64,000 nucleotides of DNA from Basidiobolus meristosporus CBS 931.73 (taxonomy: Eukaryota > Fungi > Basidiobolomycota). Numbering within the stretch: the stretch's first letter is position 1; each line of letters starts with the position of its first letter. The translations under genes were made by a program, and so were the position numbers. The notes under the pieces are model-generated. The model was not told where the DNA came from and ran no database searches. It saw only the letters and a program-made list of their open reading frames with translations. The DNA is taken from positions 31,521-95,520 of the forward strand of contig MCFE01000320.1 of assembly GCA_002104905.1 (NCBI GenBank), written 5' to 3'. Positions 51,159 through 61,620 of this stretch are shown here, in pieces.

Positions 51159-52301
51159 ATGAAATTCTCCGCTCCTAGAATCTTGTGCTTCCTCTCTGGT
51201 TTGGCAGCAATCAACGCTGCAGCTTTCGATCGGAGATTGCAAGCTAGAAGCGGTGGGGCCTATGATGTGACGGATGTATTTGGTGGAGGTAATGGCGGAA
51301 ATGGCGATTCTAACGGCAATGGCGCTAATGATAATGGAGGAAACGGAACTGGTGCCTATGGCTCTGGAAATGCCGGCAACGGAGGAAATGGAGCTGGCGC
51401 CTATGACTCTGGAAACGCTGGTAACGATAATGGAGGAAATGGAATTGGCGCTTATAACTCTGGAAACGGAGGCAATGGTGATGATAATGGCGGTAATGGC
51501 AACGGAGGCAACGGTGATGACAATGAAGGAAATGGAGCTGGCACCTACGATTCTGGAAACGGCGGTAATGGTAACGGTAACGGAGGCAATGGCAATGGAG
51601 GAAATGGTGGTAGTAATGACAACGGCGGCAATGGGGCTAGTGCCTATGATACCGGAAATGGTGGTAATAGCAACGGTAACGGAGACAACGGTGGTGGCAA
51701 TGGCAATGGAGGAAATGGAGCTGACGCCTACGATTCTGGAAACGGCGGTAATGGTAATGGTAATGAAGGTAATGACAATGGAGGAAATGGAGGTAGTAAA
51801 GGCAATGGAGGCAATGGTGCTGGTGCCTATGATACTGGAAACGGTGGCGATGACAGCGGTAACGGAGGTAACGGTGGTGCAAATGGAGGAAATGGAGCTG
51901 GCACTTACGACTCTGGAAACGGAGTTAGTGGGGATGGTAATGGCGGTAATGACAACGGAGGAAACGGAGCTGGCACCTATGACTCTGGAAAAGGTGGAAA
52001 TGGCAATGGAGGTAATGGCGATGGAGGCAACGGAGCTGGCGCCTATGACTCTGGAAATGGTGGCAATGGCAATGGAAACGGTGATGGGAATGGAAGCAAT
52101 GGGGCTAGTGCTTATGACTCTGGAAACAGCGGCAATAATAACGGTAAAGGAGGTAACGGTGGTGGCAATGGCAATGGAGGAAATGGTGGTAGTAATGACA
52201 ATGGCGGCAATGGAGCTGGTGCCCATGATACTGGAAACGGAGCTGGCGCTTATGATTCTGGAAACGGAGGTAATGGGAATGGTAACGACGATTGCCAGTA
52301 A
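51159..52301 (+). CDS. Secreted Gly/Asn-rich repeat protein 1 (GAGAYDSGN-type repeats)
   Basis: TATAAAT at about 51090, signal peptide MKFSAPRILCFLSGLAAINAAA, 13 motif copies, C-terminal DDCQ, downstream AATAAA. Confidence 0.85.
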   Translation: MKFSAPRILCFLSGLAAINAAAFDRRLQARSGGAYDVTDVFGGGNGGNGDSNGNGANDNGGNGTGAYGSGNAGNGGNGAGAYDSGNAGNDNGGNGIGAYNSGNGGNGDDNGGNGNGGNGDDNEGNGAGTYDSGNGGNGNGNGGNGNGGNGGSNDNGGNGASAYDTGNGGNSNGNGDNGGGNGNGGNGADAYDSGNGGNGNGNEGNDNGGNGGSKGNGGNGAGAYDTGNGGDDSGNGGNGGANGGNGAGTYDSGNGVSGDGNGGNDNGGNGAGTYDSGKGGNGNGGNGDGGNGAGAYDSGNGGNGNGNGDGNGSNGASAYDSGNSGNNNGKGGNGGGNGNGGNGGSNDNGGNGAGAHDTGNGAGAYDSGNGGNGNGNDDCQ

Positions 52302-53194
52302 TTATAGAGTCATATAATCTAAAATTTGCTATTGTATATAAATTCCATAAATAAAATCGAATATAGCTGATACTCACGACCCGAAGTAATACAGTGGCAA
52401 AAAGTGTGGAAAAACCCTCACTAACCACTCAGGATACAAGAAAGCAGTAAATTCCTATCTAAAAGCTGTTTGTTGATCTATGGCTCCAATAGTCATTTTC
52501 CAAGTTCAGTCGAAGATTCATCGATTTTTTGGATTATTTCCATTCTCTAATCCCTACCCAAGTAGAGAGCAATGTTCCAGAATAATGAGGTTGTCTGTAA
52601 AATGGTTGGACTATGCACTCAAACTAGAGCTAAATACTGCAATGAGTTGTGTATTTACTCGCCTTTCTTAAAACATTCTTGCGCTATACGGTGGTTACTC
52701 TACATATCAGAGTTTAGCAAAGAGTTGCTTGTCGTTTTGGTGAGAGTAATTCCCACTTTTACAATAACATCACTATATAAATAAATCCTTCCTAAACAGT
52801 TGTCCATAGTTGCAGTATATCAACATATTCTATTCGATTGGTGCAAATACCGAAATGTTATCGAGATCCTAACTCCCGATTCTCCAGAATAGCCAGTGAA
52901 ACATCGCTTACTTGATATGATGCAGCTCACCAGCCACGGGGTAGAGGAAGTTAAGGTGAATGTGGGGAAGAAGGTTTCGTTTACTCAATTCACCAGGCAG
53001 GGGGTGGACTCCTTACGATAGTTAACTCATTGAAATGTACCTTGGCTTGCTGAGACATAACTAGAAAAAGAAAGGGGCGTCAGTGTGCATATTCTTTATG
53101 TCCAAAAGGCTAATACTGTAAATTTGTATAAATAGAAGCTCTAGTGAGATATATCAAGGCATCCACTAAGTGCTATATCTCTTTTTAAAATAGA

Positions 53195-54403
53195 ATGAAA
53201 TTCTCCGCTCCTAGAATCTTGTGCTTCCTCTCTGGTTTGGCAGCAATCAACGCTGCAGCTTTCGATCGGAGATTGCAAGCTAGAAGCGGTGGGGCCTATG
53301 ATGTGACGGATGTATTTGATGGTGGAAATGGTGGAAATGGCGATTCTAACGGCAATGGTGGTGATGGTAATGGAGGAAACGGAGCTGGTGCCTATGGCTC
53401 TGGAAATGGCGGCAACGGAAACCAAGGCGGTGGAAATGGTGGTAACGGTGCTGGTGCTTACGACTCTGGCAATGATGGTAATGAAAACGGCGGTAACGGT
53501 GCTGGTGCTTATGACTCTGGAAACGGCAATGGTGGTAATGGAGGAAACGGAAATGGCGGCAACAGAAACGGCGGTAATGGAGATAGTAATGGAGATGGAG
53601 GTAGCGGAGCCGGTGCTTATGACTCTGGCAGTGGAGGTAGTAATGGAAACGGCGGTAACGGTAACGGCAATGAAGGTAATCGAGATGATAATAGCGGTAA
53701 CGGAAACGGTGCTGGCGCTTACGACTCTGGAAACGGCAACAGTGGTAATGGAAGTGGAGGCCGTGAAGACGGCAATGGAAACGGAATCGGTGGTAATGGA
53801 AATGGAGGTAACGGAGCCGGCGCCTATGACTCTGGAAATAGGGACAACGGAGATGGAAATAGCGGCAGTAGCAACGGGAATGGAGGGAACGGAGCTGGTA
53901 TTTATGACTCTGGAAATGGAGGAAGCGGAAACGGCAGTAACGGCAACGGATTCAATGGAGATGGTAATGGAAACGATGGCAACGAAGCCAGTGCCTATGG
54001 CTCTGGAAATGGTGGAAACGAAAACGGCGGTAACGGCAACGGAGGTAATGGAGATGGTAATGGTAATGGTGCTGGCACTTATGACTCTGGTAATGGAAAT
54101 GGTAATGGTGGTAGCGGGGAAGGTAGCATTGGCAATAGAGATAGTAATAGCGGTAATGGAAACGGTAGCAACGGTGCTGGCGCTTACGACTCCGGAAACG
54201 GCAACGCTGGTAACAAAAACGGAGGCAATGATGATGGCAATGAAACCGGTGGAAATGGAACAGGTGCTTATGACTCTGGAAACGGAAACGGTGGTAACGG
54301 CAACGGGGGTAATGGAGATGGCAGTGGAAACGGTGCTAGTGCTAATGACTCGGGAAACAATGGTGGTAATGGCACCGGGAATGGTAATGACAATTGTCAG
54401 TAA
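53195..54403 (+). CDS. Secreted Gly/Asn-rich repeat protein 2 (tandem paralog)
   Basis: Identical signal and pro region, 12 motif copies, C-terminal DNCQ. Confidence 0.85.
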   Translation: MKFSAPRILCFLSGLAAINAAAFDRRLQARSGGAYDVTDVFDGGNGGNGDSNGNGGDGNGGNGAGAYGSGNGGNGNQGGGNGGNGAGAYDSGNDGNENGGNGAGAYDSGNGNGGNGGNGNGGNRNGGNGDSNGDGGSGAGAYDSGSGGSNGNGGNGNGNEGNRDDNSGNGNGAGAYDSGNGNSGNGSGGREDGNGNGIGGNGNGGNGAGAYDSGNRDNGDGNSGSSNGNGGNGAGIYDSGNGGSGNGSNGNGFNGDGNGNDGNEASAYGSGNGGNENGGNGNGGNGDGNGNGAGTYDSGNGNGNGGSGEGSIGNRDSNSGNGNGSNGAGAYDSGNGNAGNKNGGNDDGNETGGNGTGAYDSGNGNGGNGNGGNGDGSGNGASANDSGNNGGNGTGNGNDNCQ

Positions 54404-57400
54404 CACATGGAGTTATGGTAGAATGATAATGTATTTATAATCTATATCACCCATAAATAAAATTGCTTAATTGATATCACTTCTCTATTTATAATATAAA
54501 TCTCTCGTGGGTTCGACCCCCCCCCCACCTGGGTTGCAAGTATTTTATCATATGCAATCTGTTAGGAGGGACACTACATTATTTTAACCCTCGCCAGAGA
54601 AAATACTGAATTAAAATGCCGGCAGAAGCAAAGAATAGGCCATAATCGGCAGGGTTGAGGTCCGACGCCTTGGTGATGGCAAGTAGTGCTCTGCGTGGAA
54701 GATTGGCTGGCATTAATGTGTTGTTCTGAATACCAACTAAGCCCATTGTGGCTTGGTTTTTCTCCTAATATCTATTTATTAATATGAAGAGGTGGCCAAG
54801 GCGCTGCATTCTGGTTGCAGTCTCTTCGAAGGCCTTACTGCAGTTGACATTATGGTTGCTATCCATTCCAAGATCTCCTCAATAATAATTGCTTGGGCTA
54901 TGGGTCTTTAGCTATTTTGCATTCCAAGACTAGAAATTCCACATTATTGAGTTATACCAGCATATTTTGCTATACACTTTGACACTCTTACAATATGGTC
55001 AATCAATGATAGCTACTACTGCCTGAACAGTAGACAATAAGCTCTACTGGATTAGCATGCAATATGTTACATCCTCTTTGAAGAGTATGGGTCTCCAAGC
55101 CCTTTGAGCTAGCTGAGTATGAGTAGTGGAGAGTATCTGCCAAGTTGTACTGTCTATAAAGAAGGAAGCCATTATAGAGACTGTAGTTTACATCATTATA
55201 ACTCAGTTTTTGACTGCCCTGTATTATGTTGGGTTTGACTGGTGCCTTCAGTGGACTAACTTGATTACATGACACTATCAGTAGTAATATCCACAATATT
55301 GTAGGAGTGCTAATTACAATGTTTCAATTGCATAAATATCATCAAGCAGAAAACCATATCATATCATTTCTTTGCTAATAAACTGATTCCATTCATATCA
55401 CCATCTAAATTAGTCTTCTGTCTATCTATAGTAACTACCCTTGGTTTCAAAACTACCATCCTCCAGAATGGTATAGACAACTTCTGTAAGGAACCAACTT
55501 GAGTGCATCATCATTGCAATTTGCTGTGGAATTTAGCACTTCCATTCTATGCACATCATTGGGATTCTCTACAAGTTTTATATATTACATCATTTGCAAG
55601 ATACAAATCCCTGAATCATAAAGTCCTCATCAAATGTTTATATTCCATGCTTAAAGCAATTTAACATGAATATACCTACAACCAAGATAATGCTGTCAAG
55701 GAGGGAATGGTGCAGGAGACAAAGAGGTTAATGACAAAATATTCTTAAAAATATAATTATCAGAACTCTTAAAGATTAGTCTTTTCCTTTCTTACTACAA
55801 CTCTGAACATCATTTGTTAATAAGCTAAAGCTATATTAGGTTGCTGGCTAATTCTCATAGTGTAGCAGCCAAAGTGAGTCATTTCAAGTCTGCTATTGAT
55901 TGAATACTATAGCTTAGTACTTTGGTACAGAAACAAGCATATATCTCTAGCAATGGTAGAGGCAAATCAAGTGGTAGAGCTACTGCAAATGAAAAGTGAC
56001 TCCAAGCTTTATCAATCTTGCTTACTGCAAGCCATGTACAATTGTAAGCACATTAAGTGATCTGCACAGTTTGCTCTAGGCAATCTTTAGCAGGCAATAT
56101 GCATTGTACATGTTCAGAGGGCTGCAGCAGGACATAACATGAAGGGCTATATAAAGAGTGCTCCACTCCCTCCTGCATAGCATACTCAAATGCTTTGGCT
56201 TCACCCTTCATTTCAAGACTAGGTACAGCTTGACACTTAGTGTTGAGGCAGTAACCACAGCTTAAAGAGTGGCAAGACCAAGAATCACTGCCACAGTGTC
56301 AAAGCGCAAATTGATAGCTGAATAATATGGTTGCAATTACATGGGCTACTTTATAGCATGGTGGGCTATATATTATGGTTTGTTTGGGTGAATTTTATTA
56401 GAGAGTGTTCTAGTATGGGTATTATTGAGGATAGAGTGTTGAACTCAATGTGCTACTACTCTAAAATTACCTGAAGTCTATGATTTCCATGAATAGTATG
56501 ATTCATGATCAACACCCTTACTTCTTAAAAGGTGCCATTTCAGTGCAAATATCTCCATCAATTGCAGGTTGCTTTACAATATCAATAATTCTAGTGGACA
56601 AGTTACTGCCTTTAGCACACGTTATTCACTGTCTGTTACAACCTAGAGATGCAACTCTACTAATGTTACAGAAATAGGAATCTCAAACAGCTATTAAAGT
56701 CATTGCTTTAGTAGAACATCTCAGCGTATTGGCAGTAACTTGACATGTTGAAGGAATAGCATTGAATGTGTGATGTTATCTGCAGTACTTGAAATGGATT
56801 TACACATGTTTAAACAAGTATAAATAGATACTCTGGTGGACGTAATCAATATGCATGCTTGATAGCATTTCTAATATAAAGTTTTAGATGTCACTTGGCT
56901 AATGTTGATCTTACTAGTGAGATCTTTATTGCATATGCCTGCAAATTGTGTATTGGTAGCTATATTACACATGCTACATTGCCTGAATGAACAGCCATTT
57001 GTTAATCAGCACAGACAATAGTAGTGACCATACCATGCATATTTCAGCTCAATAATCAATATCAATGAATTAGTGATTTCAGCAACTATTAATTAGTAAC
57101 ATGGCACATTTGTACTAAAATTGTGTGCATTTAGCACCAAAGTGCCTTTCACTAGTAATAACTTGATTGTAGCTGCTTTAGACAGTACAGTATGTTGTAG
57201 TATTGCAGTTTGCTCCTGTATTTGGCTCTCAGTTGTTGCAATATTGTTGAGTGATGTTGTAATCAGAGAAGCAACTCTGCTGTTGAATGGTTTGCAAATT
57301 CTGAACAGTGGTTGTGGTGGTTGTCACCCTCTTCAGTATATATTAATGGCTCCTATTTATTGCTACAACTAGCATTAGACTACAAAGTGTGAGAGCAATT

Positions 57401-57614
57401 GTTAGTGTAAGCTGCATGATGATGAGAGAGTAAGCTATTGGTGACAATGACTGAGCTGGACTTCTGTACAAATATTCCTAGGGGTGGATTATGGCTCCCC
57501 TAATAAGTGTTGCCCCCTACAGATTTCCTTGAATGTAATGAGCTGCCATCTTACACTATGCAATATGGGCTGTAGCAGTGGCAGCATAGTGCTTCAACAC
57601 AATTCTTTTCTATT

Positions 57615-58346
57615 AGACTTGTTCTGTTGGATAGTGCCCCATTGAGCCATGAGTGCCAAATGATGCCATAGTGTGCCAGGGAGGCCAAGTGAGCCTATAC
57701 TTGGCCACAGAGTGTGAAACATAGCACTGCATCTTCATGCAAAGTAGCCGCTGTGTTTCACCTATTGTGTTGGAGAAGATTCATTTTTTGACCTTTTTTT
57801 TGGATCAATGTTGTGCAGGATATGTAAGAGCACAGAAGGACTGAAGACATGCATCAGGTACTCAATACCTATGGCACTCTGAATCAAGCTCCTGTAGCTA
57901 GTATCATATCACAAAAATGAATGGCACTATCTTGGTCCACTGGTACTATCAGGCACTATATTTAAATATTAGCCCTAAAGTAAGACCTATACAAAGCACT
58001 TATAGTGCCAGATAGTACCAGTGGGCCAAGATAGTGCCATTCATTTTTGTGATATGATACTAGCTACAGGAGCTAGATTCAGAGTGCCATAGGTATTGAG
58101 TACCTGATGCATTTCTTCAGTCCTTGTGTGCTCTTACACATCCTGCACAACATTGATCCAAAAAAAAGGTCAAAAAATGGATCTTCTCCAACACAATGGG
58201 TGAAACACAGAGGCTGCTTTGCATGAAGATGCAGAGCTATGTTTTACACTCTGTGGCTAAGTATAGGCTCACTTGGCCTCCCTGGCACACTATGGCATCA
58301 TTTGGGACTCATGGCTCAATGTGGCACTATCCAACAGAACAAGTCT
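57615..58346. mobile_element. 732-bp foldback MITE (about 346-bp inverted arms, 40-bp spacer)
   Basis: Arms 57615-57960 and 58001-58346 are near-perfect reverse complements, flanked by ATT on both sides. The terminus AGACTTGTTCTGTTGGATAGTGCC recurs at 58783. Confidence 0.9.
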
Positions 58347-58782
58347 ATTGTACATACATTGAAATAGGTCACAGTTCTATTGAAGTAATTGTAAATATCA
58401 TTTCAAGCTAAATTATCTTATGCGCCTGACAATTTTACTTTTGTAGATGAGAATTGTTAGCTAGTATGTAGGTACCATAGGCCACTTTGAGTGCGGGTCA
58501 GATGAAATTTGTTTGGCCCTGGAAAGGAACTATGAAATTTACAATAACTCCAACATTGCTATCTACTTGAGTAAGTACATACACATCTCATCTATTCAAA
58601 CTTGCTCCCCACATGATCCTGAGTATATGTCCAATTTATCTGCCAAATATACACCATTAGTCAACTAAAGGCAGGGTTCATAACATTAGTAATCACTACT
58701 AAAGAACTACTGCCACCAAATGTACAGAAAAGTCCACTTGTAGTGTTAATTCTGGAGAATCAAGTCTTGATTATAATATAAT

Positions 58783-59690
58783 AGACCTGTTCCGTTGGAT
58801 AGTGCCACATAGTGCCAGCCTGTCTATAGTGCCAGATTGATCTGGCACTATCTGGCACTAGAATTTCTAACATCATGCCAGTGGTAGGTTATAGTTGCTG
58901 GCAATTTTACTCAATTTTAGTTATGTTGCTCAGAGTTGTGCTTTCCTTGATTTATTTACTCTTCATAATGCTCCAGACACATTTCTCTCAGTGGATGTCT
59001 TCTTGTATGAATATACTGTGCATTGATAAGTATCTTAACTATTTTACCTATTCTGCTGTTTTCTCCTATATATGACTTTCCTCTGCATTTACCTGCCAAT
59101 ATGCTGAGTCTCTTCAGATATCCAAATGTATGCTCTACCCTCACTCTGAAATGATTAAAAATCTCATTGTAGAGCTTCTGCTTCCTGCTAAGCACACCAT
59201 TCCTTGGCTTCCTATAAGCTGTAATATATCCTTATCTCTGACAATCCTCTCCTATATAAGCTAAGTCTGCCATATATTTCTCCCCTCTACTGAATTCTGG
59301 ATGATTCTCCACCCAGAGTGCTTTGGCATGGCTACTTCCAGCAAATGGCCCACTAAACCAGATGATGTTACCCTCAATGTCAGACAGTGCTTGAAACTTC
59401 AGACAGTGTGCCTTGTACTTGCCAGAATAAAAGTACCTCTGCCATCTAGAAGGTCCGTTAATCCTGACTGGGAAAGTATCCAAAATACTCCTTATATGGA
59501 ACCTGTTGCTGAACACTCTGGGATATGGAAGTCTATTGGAGCTTCTAAACCTAGTACTCCAAGCTTGCTCTAAGTCATTCATACCCTCTGCAAGGTGGTT
59601 TGCCATTGCTGTCAGCTGAGAATGAAAGCTTCTAGGACTTTTGTTGCCATGGATGGTGGGATGAAACCTTGTAAGGCAACGGTTCTTGTA
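58783..59690 (-). mobile_element. 3' part of a PHIS (PIF/Harbinger-ISL2EU-like) DNA transposon with a DDE_Tnp_4-type transposase pseudogene
   Basis: LDTFPV...YSGKYKAHCLKFQ...ADLAYIG...RVRVEHTFGYLKR, with one in-frame TAA at 59232. The TIR at 58783 is shared with the MITE, and subterminal TAGTGCCA repeats are present. Confidence 0.85.
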
Positions 59691-59691
59691 A

Positions 59692-60695
59692 GGGGGGGGG
59701 GAGACAGTCACCAACAGGTGAAATCTTTATTTCAGTAGAAACAAAGAGGCCAGCGCTACTGTTGTAGCTTTGATACAAGAGTGTGTAGCTGAGGGGAATT
59801 TGTAGGTAAGTTAATAAGAAGTGATGATAGTTCTTCAGTGCCCAAGACACTGTTCAGTGGGAAGGGGGGTAGCAAGAGAGGTAAGAATGACTTGTGAACA
59901 ACATTAATGAGGGGAATGTGATAAGAATTGATATTCATCATAAAGGGAGTGTGCTGCTGCAGATATTGCTGCCAAAGGTCTGTCAAGTACTTCAGGTAGG
60001 CCAGCTTGGGTTTTTCTGACTGCAGAATATAATGAGCAAACTTCTTGACTTCAGGATCTCCAAGTATAGTTCTCCAGCAGGAGCCAGGTGTAGTGTGGTG
60101 TGTTCTCTTCCAGGCCTTAATCAGTAAGTTGTTGCAGTGGTGGAGTCTGAGATATAATCTGGTTCTAAGGTAGAGAAGTCTGATCTTATAGGGCATAAAC
60201 CCAAAAGCACCAAGAATAGCATGTCTGTAGGGGCATTCCGGCAAATGAGGCACCAAGGAGGTAATGCACCATACTGCAAACTTGTCAAGCTTAGTGCAGT
60301 CTCTAGAGGTAAGAGAGAGAAGTGGTAAGCCAAATTCCAGGACAGGGAAGACAAACTGCATGAGTAGAAGGAGGCAGCTGGGAGCTCAAGTTGTAGGAGG
60401 AGTAACAGCCAGTAGCTTGTGGAGTGCCTGTCTTGCCAGGATAATTAACTTCTTCAGGTATGCTCCAGAGTCTAGTCCAGTGGGAAGGAAAGGAAAGCCA
60501 AGATATGTAGCAGAAACCTGAGCAGGTAGAGTGGAGCTCTCCAAGTTGATGGGAGAGCCCAAAGGTACTGTCTTTGCAATGGAAAGCTGGAGATTATTCT
60601 TCTGCACATACTGGTGGATGGTCTGGGAGTCTTGTTGCACATTGGAGGAGGATATTCTGATGTCATCAGCAAAGAGAGTAACCAGGCAGTCAGCT
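59692..60695 (-). mobile_element. Unit R1: 5'-truncated non-LTR (LINE-type) RT element
   Basis: Minus strand gives LFADD (60659-60676), NNLQLSIAKT, TYLGFPF and FPVLEFG, with an in-frame TGA at 60386. Ends in the shared 3' signature. Confidence 0.85.
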
Positions 60696-61491
60696 GGGTT
60701 AGGGGGGGAGGGAAAGTCACCAAAGTAGGTGAAATCTTTACTTGATTTCAGACAAGTCTAACTACAAATAAAGTAGCCAGCTGGGAATAGAAGATTCCCA
60801 AAGTAAACACCAAGTTAAATATGAATAAATCTAAGCTAAAGTTATGGCAGTATCCCAGAGTACACTGGAGTTCAGGTTCATGGGGGAGTGAAGTAGATAA
60901 GCTTGAGAGATATAATAATCTTTTAAGAAGTGGGTAACAGCAGGTGAAGGGGAGTTTTTGATAAGTGAAGTGAATCTTGAGATCAGAGATTCCTCTAATG
61001 AGAAGGTCTTGTAAACTGGAGAATCAGGAAACTCTTTGAAGGCATGGTCAGTAGGTTCCCAGTAAAACTGGTCAGAGACATTTTGAGAGAATTGTTTAGC
61101 AATACTTTTGTCAAGTACTACCTCCAGAGTGTGATGGTTGATAAATCTCATGTTGACATTCTTGGATAAGTTGTAACCTTGTTGCTTGAGATACATCCTA
61201 TGCTCAGATATAGGAATAAACTCCACATTGGCAAAGTAGCAGACAGCCCAGTCAGTAGCAGGAGGCAAATCAGAAGTGGCAGGAAACTTTCTTTTGGTCT
61301 TGGGAGGAGCAGCAGGATGTCTTGAGGAAGCAGGAACAGACTTTTTGACAACTTCAGAGTAGGAAGAGTGAGCAGGAGCAGATGATTCTTGGTGAGTCTT
61401 GTTGGCAGGAAGAGTTGGCACAGGGACAATAGATTCTTGCAGATCAGAGAAGGCAGAAAAGAGCTTTTGAACCTGTTTCTTGAGTAGAGCA
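60696..61491 (-). mobile_element. Unit O1: 5'-truncated ORF1-like-only retroelement
   Basis: Near-identical to O2. The ORF stops at 60831, followed by about 130 nt of 3' UTR and the shared 3' signature. Confidence 0.75.
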
Positions 61492-61620
61492 TTAGGGGAG
61501 GGAAAGTCACCAAGGTAGGTGAAATCTTTATTTGATTTCAGACAAGTCTAACCACAAATAAAGAAGCCAGCTGGGAATAGAAGATTCCCAAAGTAAACAC
61601 TAAGTTGAATATGAATAAAT

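Noticed and set aside
51159-54403. Gly/Asn proteins as Kex2-processed RiPP (dikaritin/KEP) precursors, given nearby tyrosinases
   Set aside because: There are no KR/RR sites between repeats and no DUF3328/UstY gene in the window.
51105-54440. Full-length antisense ORFs and +1-frame Met/Val/Glu-rich ORFs over the Gly/Asn genes
   Set aside because: GGN/AAY codon repeats lack stops in those frames. Only the Gly/Asn frame has a TATA box, signal peptide and poly(A) signal.
54507-54528. tRNA T-arm-like GTGGGTTCGA(C)nAC
   Set aside because: There is no A box or cloverleaf upstream; it is an isolated B-box-like word.
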